A stretch of DNA of 63,475 bases, filler included, from Octopus bimaculoides (taxonomy: Eukaryota), in assembly GCF_001194135.2 (NCBI RefSeq). It is 5 parts of 5 records of this genome, joined end to end, with 100 filler letters (N's around TTAATTAATTAA, not from the genome) between each part and the next. Parts side by side here need not be neighbours in the genome. Positions count along the whole stretch, not along the records: positions 14,054 to 31,910 come from NC_068987.1; positions 32,011 to 50,475 come from NC_068983.1; 3 more parts are not named here. One strand, given 5' to 3'. Made by a program: the position numbers and the translations under genes. This document shows positions 26,750-39,740 of this stretch, one piece after another. Each line of letters begins with the position of its first letter. The stretch's first letter is position 1. The notes beneath the pieces are model-generated. The model made no database searches, was not told the origin of the DNA, and saw only the letters and a program-made list of their open reading frames with translations.

Positions 26750-28770
26750 CATATGTCCATAGCAACAGCTTCGGTAGGTCGGCTAAACAAGACGCGAAAA
26801 TGTCCCTGACAGTGAGACGGTGTCGATAATATTTAGAACAATATGTAATAATAGTACCTTCGGTAAAAGTTTCAGATGTCTATCTTTAACTAAGAATCCA
26901 CGGCTCAAAACTAGGGACTAGGTCTTACGTGATGGTAGCTTAACCATTGAGGGTATAGCAAACAAATCCTCTACGTATTTATAATGTGAGTAAATAAACT
27001 AAGGAGCCCTGGACTAGTGTTAAAAATGCTAAAATACTTGTTGGAACAAAGTGTTTAAACATTGCGGAAGAAAAGTAGATAGAAACAAATAGAGATGGAG
27101 CGATAAAAAATTGATATGCTGCCTCACTGGGAAATTGGACATGGATCGATGAATATATCAAATTTAATACGACGGGAAGTAATATATTTTTGATCTGTGT
27201 AAGAGAAGGTAATATGGGGTGTGATAGTGTCGGTTTGACTCGGAATAAAAAAAACTCTGAAATAGTATTATCTAAATGAAACCATTTAGCTAATGGTAGA
27301 ATGCTTTTAGTGAAAGTTGTAGCGCAGCAAAGCAACATCATCTATATTATTGTTTGTTACGCATCAATAAATAATGCAAGTTTTAAAGAGAAAGATTCTT
27401 TCGACCAATTATTGCAAGGTAGAGCTGATAGTATACCAGCAAGTGATATGGAAATTGTGATTTAAATGTGAAAGTTGGGAGTAACAACGAGGTTATGGAA
27501 CAAACAACATAGGCTTGGTGATGTTAGTAAATATGATGTAAGTTTGGCCAGCTTCTATACAACCACCAATTATATCACAGGAGGTACTCTCTTTAAAATC
27601 AAGGATATTCATAAATGCATTTGAAGAAGTCCTGATAAAAAAATATCGTTATCCAGAGATCATATTTGGTAAATCAATAACGTGAGAAAGCAGAGATCTG
27701 AGAATATATCGAAGTACTGATATCGGAAGTATTTATCGATTAACAATAGGTATAGTACAGTTAAAGCTGAAGATTTCAGAAAAAAATAGGGATTGCAGGT
27801 TTGATACCGAAAAACTGAAGGATGTTCGAATAATTGAATGCTGAAGTTCGTTTTAATGCTTGACGCTTTGACCGAAAAATGTTATAGAAATCAATGGTGC
27901 GTAGAGGAATGTAAGGAAGTGTACCAGAACATAACCAAAAGTGTTCTGGGTAGAAGAAAGACAGCATGAAGAAAATAAATTACGAATGAAACGTGGTAAT
28001 TCACTGAGGTACGAAAAGAGCAAAACTATTTGAAATTTGAAGAGGGAATAGGATGAATCTTAAAGTAGAAATAGCTAGATATTGGTGTCGCAAAAGAGAT
28101 GAAGCGGTGTTCGTGAAGGGATAAAATAAGATACTTGGGAGCGAAAGATGGTTGGAAGTAAAAGTTGGTGAAGCAGTTAAGTTACATAATGCAGAAGACA
28201 GTAGAGAAATCAGAAATCAGATGAAATTATAAATAAGATTATGAAACAAAGAGAGGAAATAAAACTGTGTTTAGTATTGCCGAAGAGGTGATAGAAATCC
28301 AATATAAAATCTTAAGAAAGATGGAAAGAACATGTTAAATGCAATCTTGAGCAAGGTAGTAAATAAGAAAAATGCTCTGATAACTTCTGAACCAGATGGG
28401 ATGGAAGTGGATGGACATAAAATATTTGTTGAGGAAATAACAAGAGCCATCGGGCAATTATAAAACGAAAAGGATTGAGATGGAATTTCAGGGAAAATAC
28501 TTTAAAATAGATAAACACGTAATTGAAAGGGCGATATTGAAGTTGTTTCATAATATATGGAAGATGGAAGAGATACCTGGTGATAGGAAAGCCGGTGCAG
28601 TGAAGGAGATAGCAGTAAAGGGTAACCTCAGAGTGTGTGATAATTGGAAGTTTATACCACTGAGTAGTATATCGCAGGAGTTTTTCAGTTTTATAATCCG
28701 GAATAGGATATAAATTGCATTGGAATGTGTACTAAGAGGTGACCAAGCAGCATATGCGAGGTTGCAATAA
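26750..28770 (+). mobile_element. RTE-clade LINE: APE endonuclease plus N-terminal RT, decayed
   Basis: IVCYASINNA, GGTLFKIKDIHKC-*RSPD, and ORF 28480-28713 LKLFHNIWKMEEIPGD...KGNLRVCDNWKFIPLSS (cf. KGNLSDCNNWRGITLLS); many stops and frameshifts. Confidence 0.88.
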
Positions 28771-29007
28771 CCAAATATGTTTGCTCAGGCACATTATATA
28801 ACAACATGCCGAAATCAGACAGCCTATTATAATGATTAAGTAAATATCTTCGCTGACGACGTCTTCATTAACATCTTCTTCTTCATCCTCTTCCATCTCA
28901 TTATCAAAATGTTCAATAACTGCGTCATCTAAAACAAACACTTCAATAACAGCACCTCCGCTATTTCATTTCGTTATTCCTCTCAGAACTAAAATGTGAA
29001 ACTCTAA

Positions 29008-29064
<57 letters not shown>

Positions 29065-29144
29065 GTTTGTTTGTCTATCTTTCTATCCATTTATTCATTT
29101 ATATATCCACCCATCTATCTACATACATATACACACACACACAA

Positions 29145-29187
<43 letters not shown>

Positions 29188-29624
29188 GAGCACGCACACA
29201 CACACACACACACATACGTACGAATGTACAAAGATATACCTATGTACATATATTAATTAAAATAAAAGCTAATGATGGTCATATTTAGTCATATTATTCA
29301 CCTTTTCATAACGAAGCTCATTGTTTGAATACAGTACTATAAACAACCTCATGTAAAGTAAACACATCTCGTATGAATATAAGTTTACCTTACATGCATA
29401 CGGCTGCTTCTTCGTGGTCAGACGACCTGTTAGAAATGTCCATTAAATCCCATCAAAAAAATTCACCTTTCCGCTTCAAAGAATACGTTGGGTTGATATT
29501 AAAGATAGACAGTAACTGGAAAACAAAACAAGACGCGGTCGTCACGACTGGAGTGTCTTTCGAACATATATCTGTTTGATTACGGCTGATCTGGGGTATC
29601 ATCGACAGAAGCAACACCTTAATA

Positions 29625-29837
29625 AATTATTTTCACTATAGGTGCGAGGCTTGGAACTTGGGGGAGGTGTGTGATTTAATTGACCTCCAGCGACCCACTA
29701 ATACATCTTTTATCAACCCCGAAATGATGAAAGTCAGTGTTGATTCTAGCAGGATTTGAACTCAGAACGTAAAGAGCCGGAAGAAATGCTAAGAAGCATT
29801 TTATCCGGCGTGGTGACGATTCTACCAGCTCGCCGCC
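29625..29837 (-). mobile_element. tRNA-derived SINE (family B)
   Basis: Minus-strand head ggcggcgagctggtagaatcg...ctgagttcaaatcc; related copies at 54215-54380, 46870-47035 and 54720-54870. Confidence 0.85.
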
Positions 29838-30489
29838 TTACCACAATTTAATATAAATGTTCCATTATATAACGATGTACGAAGAAAGCTCATGACACTT
29901 TTTTAAAAGTGCATTCACAGTATCAACAGTTTTATCGTGTTGTTCGATCTATGATTCACCCATTCATAGGAAAATCAGACGGAAACATCGCCTAAAAATA
30001 TAGATATTTTCTAGAACATAACTTTTAAAAACCTGTCGATTCATATCCCAAGACAATATGAAAATTCAAAAATTATTAATTTTAGTTAACGAATTTTCAG
30101 AGAAGTTTTGAAATCACCTTTCATATAGTGATTTATTTCGGATATAACATACTTCTCTTCATATAACACACTCGTTGTAACAAGCTTTTTATTTATTTTT
30201 TCTTCCCCTAATATTTTTCTATTAACGTTATAGAAAAAAGCAGATTTATGTTGCCATAAAGTCGAGCATATTAATTTTATGTGACGTCATGATTGAGAAA
30301 AGCTCAGCTGATACGAAGATAGCTATAAAATGGCTACTGTACTCTTGATTTTTGTTTACCTTCAGCTATATCTCAGGCACTAATTATGCTTATACTGTAT
30401 TGACGGTACAGAAGGTTCAGATATCATCACCACCAACATCTTAAGAAAGACATTTTATTTTGAACTATACTTTAGCAGAGAATGCTCAG

Positions 30490-30995
30490 GAATACAGGAT
30501 TAATAAAAGAAGCCGAATGAATGCAGTCTTCAATTCGATTTTCGTGCCTATCCTCACCTGTGGTCATGAACGTTGGGTAATGACCGAAAGAGTACGATCG
30601 CGAAAACAAGCGGCTAATACGGGATTCCACTGAATGATACCTGGACTAACGTTACTCAGAAGGCTGCGTAGCTAGGGGATCGGGAAATCTCACCCGGTTG
30701 AGCCGCTACATCTCGGCATTGAGAGGGCACAACTCTGGTACTATGGACATGTGATTAGAATGCCGCAGTGAAAAGTTGCAAGAAGGATTCTTGAAGCCGA
30801 GCCAACTAGCGGGAGACCAAGAACGAGATGATTAGATAACATCCATAATCTCAGTTAGCCAAGCTTGGGAATCCTGCAGGAAAGTGTAATGAAAGTTTTC
30901 TTGTGATAGAACCCTATGGAGGAGATGCCTGAGGATTCTACTTCAATGACTCTCGGAGGAATAGTGAGCTGAGAAAATTTACAGATGGATGGATT
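30490..30995 (+). mobile_element. RTE LINE 3' end
   Basis: VFNSIFVPILTCGHERWVMTERVRSR...QLWYYGHVIRMPQ...GRPRTR...DRTLWRRCL; (GGAT)n tail. Confidence 0.9.
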
Positions 30996-31747
30996 CGGTA
31001 CTGGCGTCCACAAGGCTAGCAGGGAGAACGTTGATCACATCGACACCAGTACTCTAACAATGGATGGACTATTAGCAAATGCATTCAAATATTTAATTTT
31101 CACTTGCTAGCTTTTATTCCTATCGCTGTCGTATATACATGTTTGGATGATGAAATGAAAGCCAACCAGTTATTTAAGTTGATACTTCTCAGACCGCCAG
31201 ACATTTTTATCGTACAGTAATGGAAGAAACTATATTTCTTAATATATTCTTCGGCAGATACGTACATACACGCATCTAAATACATATGCAACAGCATATA
31301 TATAAATGATTAATACATACGAGCCGTCCCAAGAATTCTACATGGAGGCTCGGCCTGCAACAAATGGCAATTACATTATCGTCATATCCCACATAATTGT
31401 CTTTAAAAATAGGAAGGCATATTCAATAGGCAGACGATGCATCTCCAGTAACAAGTAAGCGGGGTTGGAATCCCTTTCATCATAAATCTACTTTTGATGA
31501 AGAGGGTCTGAGGAATCAGCTTCTAATCAGCGATTTCGCAGAAATAGTTTTAATTAAATCCGAAGCATTTATTGGTTCCCAAGCATTATTTTAAGTTTTA
31601 ATGTTGTCTGTAGGCCACGGATAAGTTTTCTGACACTGGTAGCTTCGACAGTGGATGAATTGAACCCACTTTTCAGATTTATTAAAGTCTTGAAGGGCGC
31701 TACATGATGTATGCAAACCATTCTCAGTTAATTGAAATTTGCCTTTA

Positions 31748-31875
31748 GGCGCAGGCGTAGCTCTGTGGTAAGAACCTTGCTTCCCAACCACATGGTTCCG
31801 GGTCTTCTACTATAGCCCCAGGCCGACTAAAGCCTTGTGAATGGATTTGGTAGACGGAAACTGAAAGAAGCTCGT

Positions 31876-31878
<3 letters not shown>
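31748..31878 (+). mobile_element. Family A SINE head (internally deleted)
   Basis: Similar to the 5' parts of the 10706 and 48189 copies. Confidence 0.85.
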
Positions 31879-31910
<32 letters not shown>

Positions 31911-31955
31911 NNNNNNNNNNNNNNNNNNNNNNNNNNNNNNNNNNNNNNNNNNNNT

Positions 31956-31967
31956 TAATTAATTAAN
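31956..31967. other. Assembly gap linker TTAATTAATTAA
   Basis: Same 12-mer inside a 100-bp gap. Confidence 0.95.
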
Positions 31968-32010
31968 NNNNNNNNNNNNNNNNNNNNNNNNNNNNNNNNN
32001 NNNNNNNNNN

Positions 32011-32061
<51 letters not shown>

Positions 32062-32304
32062 CACATACACATGCATATACTTGTGTGTGTGCGTGTGCAT
32101 GCATGTAGGAGTACATGTGTAAACGAAAGTCTGTGTACTTGCACATTTATACATGTGTATGTCTGTGTATAAATACATATTTGTATTTAACTATTAAAAC
32201 TGATTGACAGAAACCTAGTATATCCATAGTACATATTTTATAAATATTCTGCAGATGAAAGATGAAATCAACCCTAGTACAATTACACTTTCATTATTAT
32301 CTTC

Positions 32305-32346
<42 letters not shown>

Positions 32347-33468
32347 TTCTGTGTCTGTGTCTAACTAATTATTTGTATATGTGTATCAGTGTGTTCTTTT
32401 TTTCATTCTATATAGGATTGCTATAATCAATCATGAGCATTGGCTAAGTTTCCATAACATATAGCTATGTAATTATGTATTTTTCTACATGTGCCTCTCT
32501 GTGTGTGCTTCTGTACATTCTTGTGTATGTGTATGTGTGTACCAAGCAACATGATGCTTACCAAGTTATTTTCCTACAGATATATAATATTTCTAAGGAT
32601 ATGAGTTGCTTCTCAGGATAATAATTATTTTTTACAGTACCTTGGTAAATTGCTTCTTTTATCATTTTTCGCTATTTTTATCGCTCCCATTGCTCCTATT
32701 CCACTGGTTAATACTTCTGTAGTACCCAAATCTCAAATTCTTGCTACTTCTATCTTTAAACCTCTTTACATTTAATGGATTTTTTTTTTTTTTTTGCTTT
32801 ATTTCTGTGATTGATATTTTCTTTCCAAAAGAATTCTTTACAAGTATTTCAAGTTGATTGACCAAAATCATCACAGCAATGAGCACAGCATCGTTACTTC
32901 CATGTGTGTGTGTGTGTGTGTCTGTCTGTCTGTCTGTGTCTGTATGTGTGTGTATCTGTCTTTCTGTCTGTGCATGACATTATGTGATGGTCATACAAGC
33001 AATGTTGTTTGTTTCCAATGTTCCATGAAAACCATGTTTAGCCATAGGGAAATATTTACTTTGCTTGGAAACAGGTGAAGGTTGGTGACAGAAAGGGCAT
33101 CCAACTGTAGAAAATCTGACTCATGTAAGCATGGAAAAGTGGGCATTAAATGATGGTGGTGGTGGTGGTGGTGGTGGCAGCAATCTTTTCTTGTACATCT
33201 GCTCATGATTAAGTTGGTACCCTTTTTATGTGACATCCATTTTGTGATGTCTGACACTTTACCATTGAAGAAGATTCTCTGATGCACGTTTGTAATTGTA
33301 GGTATACCCTTGTGAGAGTATGATTAGGGTATGTGAGGGTATGTATTATTAGGGTATTTTTTTTTATTTTCATCAAATCTCTTTTGCCTTTTTCTTGTTT
33401 CAGTCATTAGACTGCAGCCATACTGGAGCACAAATTGACTCCAGTACTTATTTTTAAGTCTGGTACTT

Positions 33469-33800
33469 GTGAAGGCACATGGCTCAGTTATTAGAGCATT
33501 GGGCTCACAATCATGTGGTAGTGAGTTCAATACCCGGACCAGGTTGTGTGTTGTGTTCATGAGCAAGACACTTCATTTCATGTTGCTCCAGTTCACTCAG
33601 CTGTAGAAATGAGTTGTAACATCACCGGTGCCAAGCTGTATCGGCCTTTGACTTCCCTTGGATAACATCGGTAGTATGGAGAGAGGAGGCTGGTATGCAT
33701 GGGTGACTGCTGGTCTTCCATAAACAACCTTGACCTTAGAAGGGAGCTTTCTAGGTGCAATCCCATGGCTATTCATGACTGAAGGGGGGCCTTTACCATT
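33469..33800 (+). mobile_element. tRNA-derived SINE (family D head), CpG-decayed
   Basis: gtgaaggcacatggctcag...gagttcaatacc...gagcaagacacttcatttcatgttgctccagt; head shared with 38338 (+), 38040-38225 (-) and 57065-57313 (-). Confidence 0.8.
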
Positions 33801-33888
33801 TACCAAACCCATCAGATTCTTTTGCTGAACTGTTATGCTACAGGGACATAAACAAGGCAATACTGGATACCAAGCAGCGAAGGACACA

Positions 33889-33919
<31 letters not shown>

Positions 33920-34310
33920 GCGCACACGCACACACACTATTCAATTACCTTTAATTGTTTGAAGGTTCTATATTATTGAACTCATTTGTGATTATCTTTG
34001 ATTTTTTTTACCTATTTCAGTCATTAGACTGCTGTCATACTGGGACACTGCCTTAAATAACTTTTTAGACAAATGAATCCACCCCAGTACTTTTTTTTTA
34101 AGCCTGGTACNNNNNNNNNNNNNNNNNNNNNNNNNNNNNNNNNNNNNNNNNNNNNNNNNNNNNNNNNNNNNNNNNNNNNNNNNNNNNNNNNNNNNNNNNN
34201 NNNNNNNNNNNNNNNNNNNNNNNNNNNNNNNNNNNNNNNNNNNNNNNNNNNNNNNNNNNNNNNNNNNNNNNNNNNNNNNNNNNNNNNNNNNNNNNNNNNN
34301 NNNNNNNNNN

Positions 34311-34351
<41 letters not shown>

Positions 34352-34355
<4 letters not shown>

Positions 34356-34490
34356 GACTTCTTTCTGTCTACCAAATCCTCTCACAAGGCTTTAGTCAGC
34401 CTGAGGCCATAGTAGAAGACACTTGCCAAAGGTGTCATGCAATGGGAGTGAACCCAGAACTAAGTGGTTAGGAAGTAAGCTACATACCAC
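34352..34490 (-). mobile_element. Family A SINE head, CpG-decayed
   Basis: Reverse complement of the 10706 head with CpG to TpG/CpA changes. Confidence 0.85.
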
Positions 34491-34560
34491 AAAACTATTA
34501 AAGCTATATACAGAGTATGTAAGTTACAGAATGGGAGTGCTAAGCAGTGATGTGTATAAA

Positions 34561-35165
34561 TGCAATGTTATAACCATTTCAAATATGCAAGTGGCACATT
34601 TGAACTCATAAGCAAGCCATTCACTGTGCTTTGTCATGGAGAAAATTTCTTACTGCAGACAAATGGTGTAAATATGACTAAATCAGCTCACAGTACCACC
34701 TATCCAGACTGTTAGATGCAAGCATTTCAGAGTGATTATCTCCACTTCAGTCAAAGAAACCAGATGGGTGCACTGCAAACTGATAAGAGAGATTGTCTCT
34801 CTTATGCTATTCCAGTCATTGTACAATGGCTGGTAGTGCTTATTGGCAGCTCACTGTAAACAAATTACAGGGTAGGAGTGCTGAGCCAAGATGTGTATAA
34901 ATGCAGTGCCCCCATCTGGTTTCTGTGGCTGAAGAGGAGATAACCACTTTGAAATGCTTGCATCTCACAATCTGGATAGGTGGTGCTGTGAGTTGATTTA
35001 GGTGTATTTACACCATTTGTCTATAGCAAGAAATTTTCTCCATGACAAAGCACAGTGAATGGCCTGCTTATAAGTGAATGGCCTGCTTATGTCCCACAAG
35101 TGAATGGCACAGTGAATGGCCTGCTTATGTGCCACAAGCATATTTAAACTGGCAATAACATTGCA
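34561..35165. repeat. Foldback / MITE-like inverted repeat
   Basis: Arm 34609-34777 is the reverse complement, with scattered mismatches, of 34902-35070; outer segments tgcaatgttat (34561) and ataacattgca (~35155-35165) also pair. Confidence 0.9.
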
Positions 35166-35184
35166 GAATATTTATGATTTTACT

Positions 35185-35560
35185 TAGGTTCTTCACTTCC
35201 TGTAAAATACAGACCATCAATGATTTGTCTATACTGTTCTCGGTTCGGGGTTGTCTTTTTTGCTTCTTTCCAGTTGGATCCCTGCTTTTCCTTTTGGATT
35301 TTGCTGAAATGCATCATATGTTTCCCTGGGGAAAGGTTTTTCCTTTTCCAAGTCTTGTTAGCTTTAAATTGTCATCGTTGCATCTGTAACTTTGCTTTTT
35401 CTCAGCTAGAGATGTTGGCCCTGTATAAACCGATTTTTTACCTCTGGTGGTCATTATTAGTCTGACCTCTATCCTTTGACTTGTCCAGCATGGGAGACCC
35501 TACCTCTACTGGCATAGCTCTCAGAGTCATTGAGACACATATACCATTACATCACAACAA
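35185..35560 (-). mobile_element. Short RTE-derived element (5' UTR-like part plus 3' coding end)
   Basis: Minus strand NWKEAKKTTPNREQYRQIIDGLYFTGSEEPK* is an RTE C-terminus; the 5' part matches 26190-26290. Confidence 0.7.
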
Positions 35561-36214
35561 GAACTGGACCTTATGGTAGATTATCTATGTAAAAGGGTTA
35601 TGATATTGTTGCAGAACTTTCAGCAGTTGACATCAAATATTTGTGACAGTTGCCACATGATCATCTGTATGGTATACTACTGAATCAATGCCACGAAATC
35701 TGAGCACCTATGTTGGGTCAAGGCAATTTAGTAATGCAATTTACTCTGCAACCCTATCATGTGCTATTGTTCCAGGGCAGAACAGACCTAGGAGTAGCAT
35801 TTTCTTTAGAGATAACTCCATTCTTCTTTAGGGTTTTCCAACTCTAGACCTTGACACTAGATGCAGTTAACATCATATCCAGGAGAGAACACTGAATATT
35901 ATGTTGAAAGAAATAAATGTGTGGAGATAAACATGACAGGTATTAGATATACTTGTAGAAATAGCAAGAACCAAATGAAGGTAGGCACATCATTTTGCAA
36001 GAACAGAAGGCAATAGATGGATGAAAAGAACCACTGAAAGGATTCCACAAGAGGGACTTAGAAGGAGAAGACTGAAAGGAGATGGAGAGATGACACTGAA
36101 GAATACATGAAGGTAATGACAGAAGGTGCAAAACTAGTTTGGACTAGGCTGATGATGGACAGGAAGAGAACAGACATAAAGAGGGATATATATCCAACAG
36201 TGGATTGATATAGT

Positions 36215-36573
36215 TGGCACTCCATCACTTACGACGTCGAGGGTTCCAGTTGATCCGATCAACGGAACAGCCTGCTCGTGAAATTTAACATGCAAGTGGC
36301 TGAGCACTCCACAGACACGTGTACCCTTAACGTAGTTCTCGGGGAGATTCAGCGTGACACAGAGTGACAAGGCTGACCCTTTGAAACAGGAAGAGTGAGA
36401 GAAAGTTGTGGTGAAAGAGTACAGCAGAGTTCGCCACCATCTCCTGCCGGAGCCTCGTGAAGCTTTAGGTGTTTTTGCTCAATAAACACTCACAACGCCC
36501 GGTCTGGGAATCGAAAGTGCGACCCTATGACTACGAGTCCGCTGCCCTAACCACTGGGCCATTGCGCCTCCAC
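36215..36573 (-). mobile_element. Young tRNA-derived SINE (family C head plus shared body)
   Basis: Head gtggaggcgcaatggcccagtggttagggcagcggactcg...ttcgattcccagaccgggcg, near-identical to 56270-56455; CpGs intact. Confidence 0.9.
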
Positions 36574-37019
36574 AGTGGATTGATATATCCCAAAAGAAAC
36601 AAACAAGCAAAAGGTAAATTTGAAAATTTAAAAAATGGGGTTTATAAAGATTATCAGTTCTGTCTCACAAACACAGGATTAAAATAGTACAAGGATTTCT
36701 GTGCAGTAATTTTTAATTAAAGGAAAGAAACAAATATTCATAAAAAGTATGTTATTAAAATAAACCATTTTTACCTTAATATGAATCTTATCTTATGAAC
36801 AAGCATTGCATTGCTTTTCTACATGTTTTATAACCATTTCTTGTTCATATTGCTACTAATCTCATGCTATATGTTCCTAGTATCTAAAATTATATAATAT
36901 CTCATGACACGATATAATTTCTCCGTGTACAACAGAATATTTCAGCAACGGACACAGAGATTGTTTCCAAAACAATGTTCCCCTTTTTTCTCTCTCCCCC
37001 ATTCTCTCTCTCTCTCTTT

Positions 37020-37065
<46 letters not shown>

Positions 37066-38262
37066 NNNNNNNNNNCTCAACTTTTACCTCCTCCTCCTCA
37101 TCCTCAGCACCATTTTATAGCCAGGAACAAGAGCACACACTCTGCATGTTTGTTCAGCAAAATATGTAAATAAACAATAAATAAACCGCATCTCCGTTTT
37201 CTACTTGAACTCTGGCCAAGATTGTTTGGTGATGTTTAAAAAGAGGATTGTGGAGATGTACAGAAATGGAAACAACCAGAAACCTGAGAAAATACTGGAA
37301 GAAATTAAATTTGTTTCTTTGATAGATTATTATTTTTTGTTTTTTTCTGATTTTTGTTATTTTTCTCTTCCCGCAAAACAACTGTAGCAACTTTGCATTT
37401 GGCTTGGTTTTCAGAAGTTCTAATCTTGTTCTTAGAAGCTTAAAAATTATGATTTAAAAAAATAATAATTTAAATTACATGCTAGGTAATCTGAGAGCTG
37501 TGTATAGACAGAATATTTAGTTTCATCCATATATGTTCTGTGTTAGAATCCAGCTAAGATTAACTTTATCTTTCACCCTTCAGAGATCAATGAAATATAT
37601 ATTACCAGTAATACACTGTGGATTAAGTAACTTGACTGTACTCTTCCACAAAGTTCTTGTCTGAAAGACAGCCTTGACTATTTAACTCTTGTGGTGGCCA
37701 ATTTTGCCTTTCATCCTTCCAAGAGTCCATAAAATAAGTAGCAATAAAATACTGTAAGTAATATAATTATTTGTTCTCTAACCCCAAATTACATATCTAC
37801 TTATGTTTGTGAGAAGGGCACCAAGCCATACAAACTAAACTAATGCACAAGTAAGATGTTGTCTTCCAACTCATCTAAAAGGGTAGAAAATCCAGATAAA
37901 ACTAACTCAGACTTTGATAACCCATCCAACCCATGGCAGTATAGAAACATCATCATCATTCCCAACACATAAACATCTTGATTTCTAGGCCTCGTAGAGT
38001 CAGTTACTCAGTTTCCATGATGTATAAGTGAGTGAGGTTACAACATTCCCTCAGAACAGGATGCCAGTCAGTCACAGGGTTACTCATTTATAGATGAGTG
38101 AATTGGAGCAACATGAAATGAAGTGCTTCATTCAAAAACACAATGCACCATCTGATTCAGGAACTGAAACTATAATCTTAAATCGTGGGTGCTATATCCT
38201 AACCACTAGATCACATGCCTTCAAGCCAGTATGGAAAATAGAGGTAAAACGATATTGTTGAT

Positions 38263-38309
<47 letters not shown>

Positions 38310-38337
38310 ACATGTATGTGTGTGTGTGTGTGTAATA

Positions 38338-38600
38338 GTGAAGGCATGTGTTCTAGTGGTTAGGCTGTTGAACTCACAATCACTAGATTGAGGGTTCAAT
38401 TCCCTGACTGGGTGATGCATTGTGTTCTTGAGCAAAAACACTTCATTTCATGTTGCTCCAGTCCCCCTCTTGATAAGCGGGAAATGTTGGCCTGCTTGCC
38501 TAGCAAGCAGGGTGGCATCATTTGAAGGCTAAAACAATGCAAAACAGTATTGTGACAAGTGATGTTTAACAGCATCTGATATCCTGGTCGGTTACATGAT
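38338..38600 (+). mobile_element. Family D SINE, CpG-decayed
   Basis: Head similar to 33469 and 57313 (-). Confidence 0.8.
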
Positions 38601-39096
38601 CACATGATATATGTAATCAGTTAGTTGTCCATAAATTAGAAATAAAAACACTCGATATAAATAATAGAATGGATATATTTTTTGTATATCATCAAGCAAT
38701 ACATTGCCGGTTATGGCATAAAACTGGTTAGAATGCTACTGCTGCTTTTATACCAAATATTGCCAAGCACACAGTCCTTTATACAGGAGGCACATAGACT
38801 CAATGTTGGCTCAATGGTGGCAGAAAAAGGTGGAATGAAACAATGAAAAATATTATTTAGGAATAACCTTAGAGTCTATATACCTGCAGTATAAAAGAGG
38901 CTATGTGCTTCTGGCTATAATGTCTGGAGATCCTCAATCTTGTCTAGTAATAATATTCAATGCAAAACTGATGGCAACGTTCTAACCAGTTATATTCTGT
39001 AAGTAGTAAGATATTACTTGATGATATAATATATATATATAATGATAGATGGATATAAATATAGGTACAGAAATATATATTTATATACATATGTAC

Positions 39097-39129
<33 letters not shown>

Positions 39130-39171
39130 ACCTTGAGCTTCGTCAGTGTGGACCTAGTTTGTGGATATCCG

Positions 39172-39225
<54 letters not shown>

Positions 39226-39693
39226 CACGCACATGATAGGATTCTTTCAGTTTCCATCTACCAAATCTACTCGCAGCTGTGGTCAGCCCAAGACTATAGC
39301 AGGAGACACTTACTTACCCAAGGTATTACATAATGGAACTGAACCTGCAACAATGTGGTTGAGAAGTGAACTCCTTATCACACATACCATATGTTTCTTT
39401 CAGTCTCCATCTACCAAATCCACTCAAAATACTTTGGTTAGCTCAAGGGTAGGGTAGAACACACTTGCCCAAGGTGCCATAAATGAGTGGATGGGAGATT
39501 CAGTACAGCATTTGACAAATAAATTCTGTGGTATTCCATTACATCCCTTGATGCTGAGGTGCTCTTTACCATTTGTCTTTCCATAGAATGCAAAATAAGT
39601 ACAGGAGTCAATGTAATAGGCTATACTCTAGAATGTGATTCTTTGAGCATTGCTACAGTCCAGCGATTGAAACACCAGTAAAAGAGCGAATGA

Positions 39694-39740
<47 letters not shown>

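Noticed and set aside
37200-37660. Possible minus-strand exon pair (TRTLWKSTVKLLNPQCITG / FWLFPFLYISTILFLNITKQSWPEFK*)
   Set aside because: Phases fit, but splice sites are only moderate, no homolog is recognised, and equally plausible plus-strand readings exist. Needs RNA data.
38880-39005. Exon-like segment with a ct|GTAAGT donor
   Set aside because: Stops in all three frames from the nearest acceptor; it is one arm of an inverted repeat.
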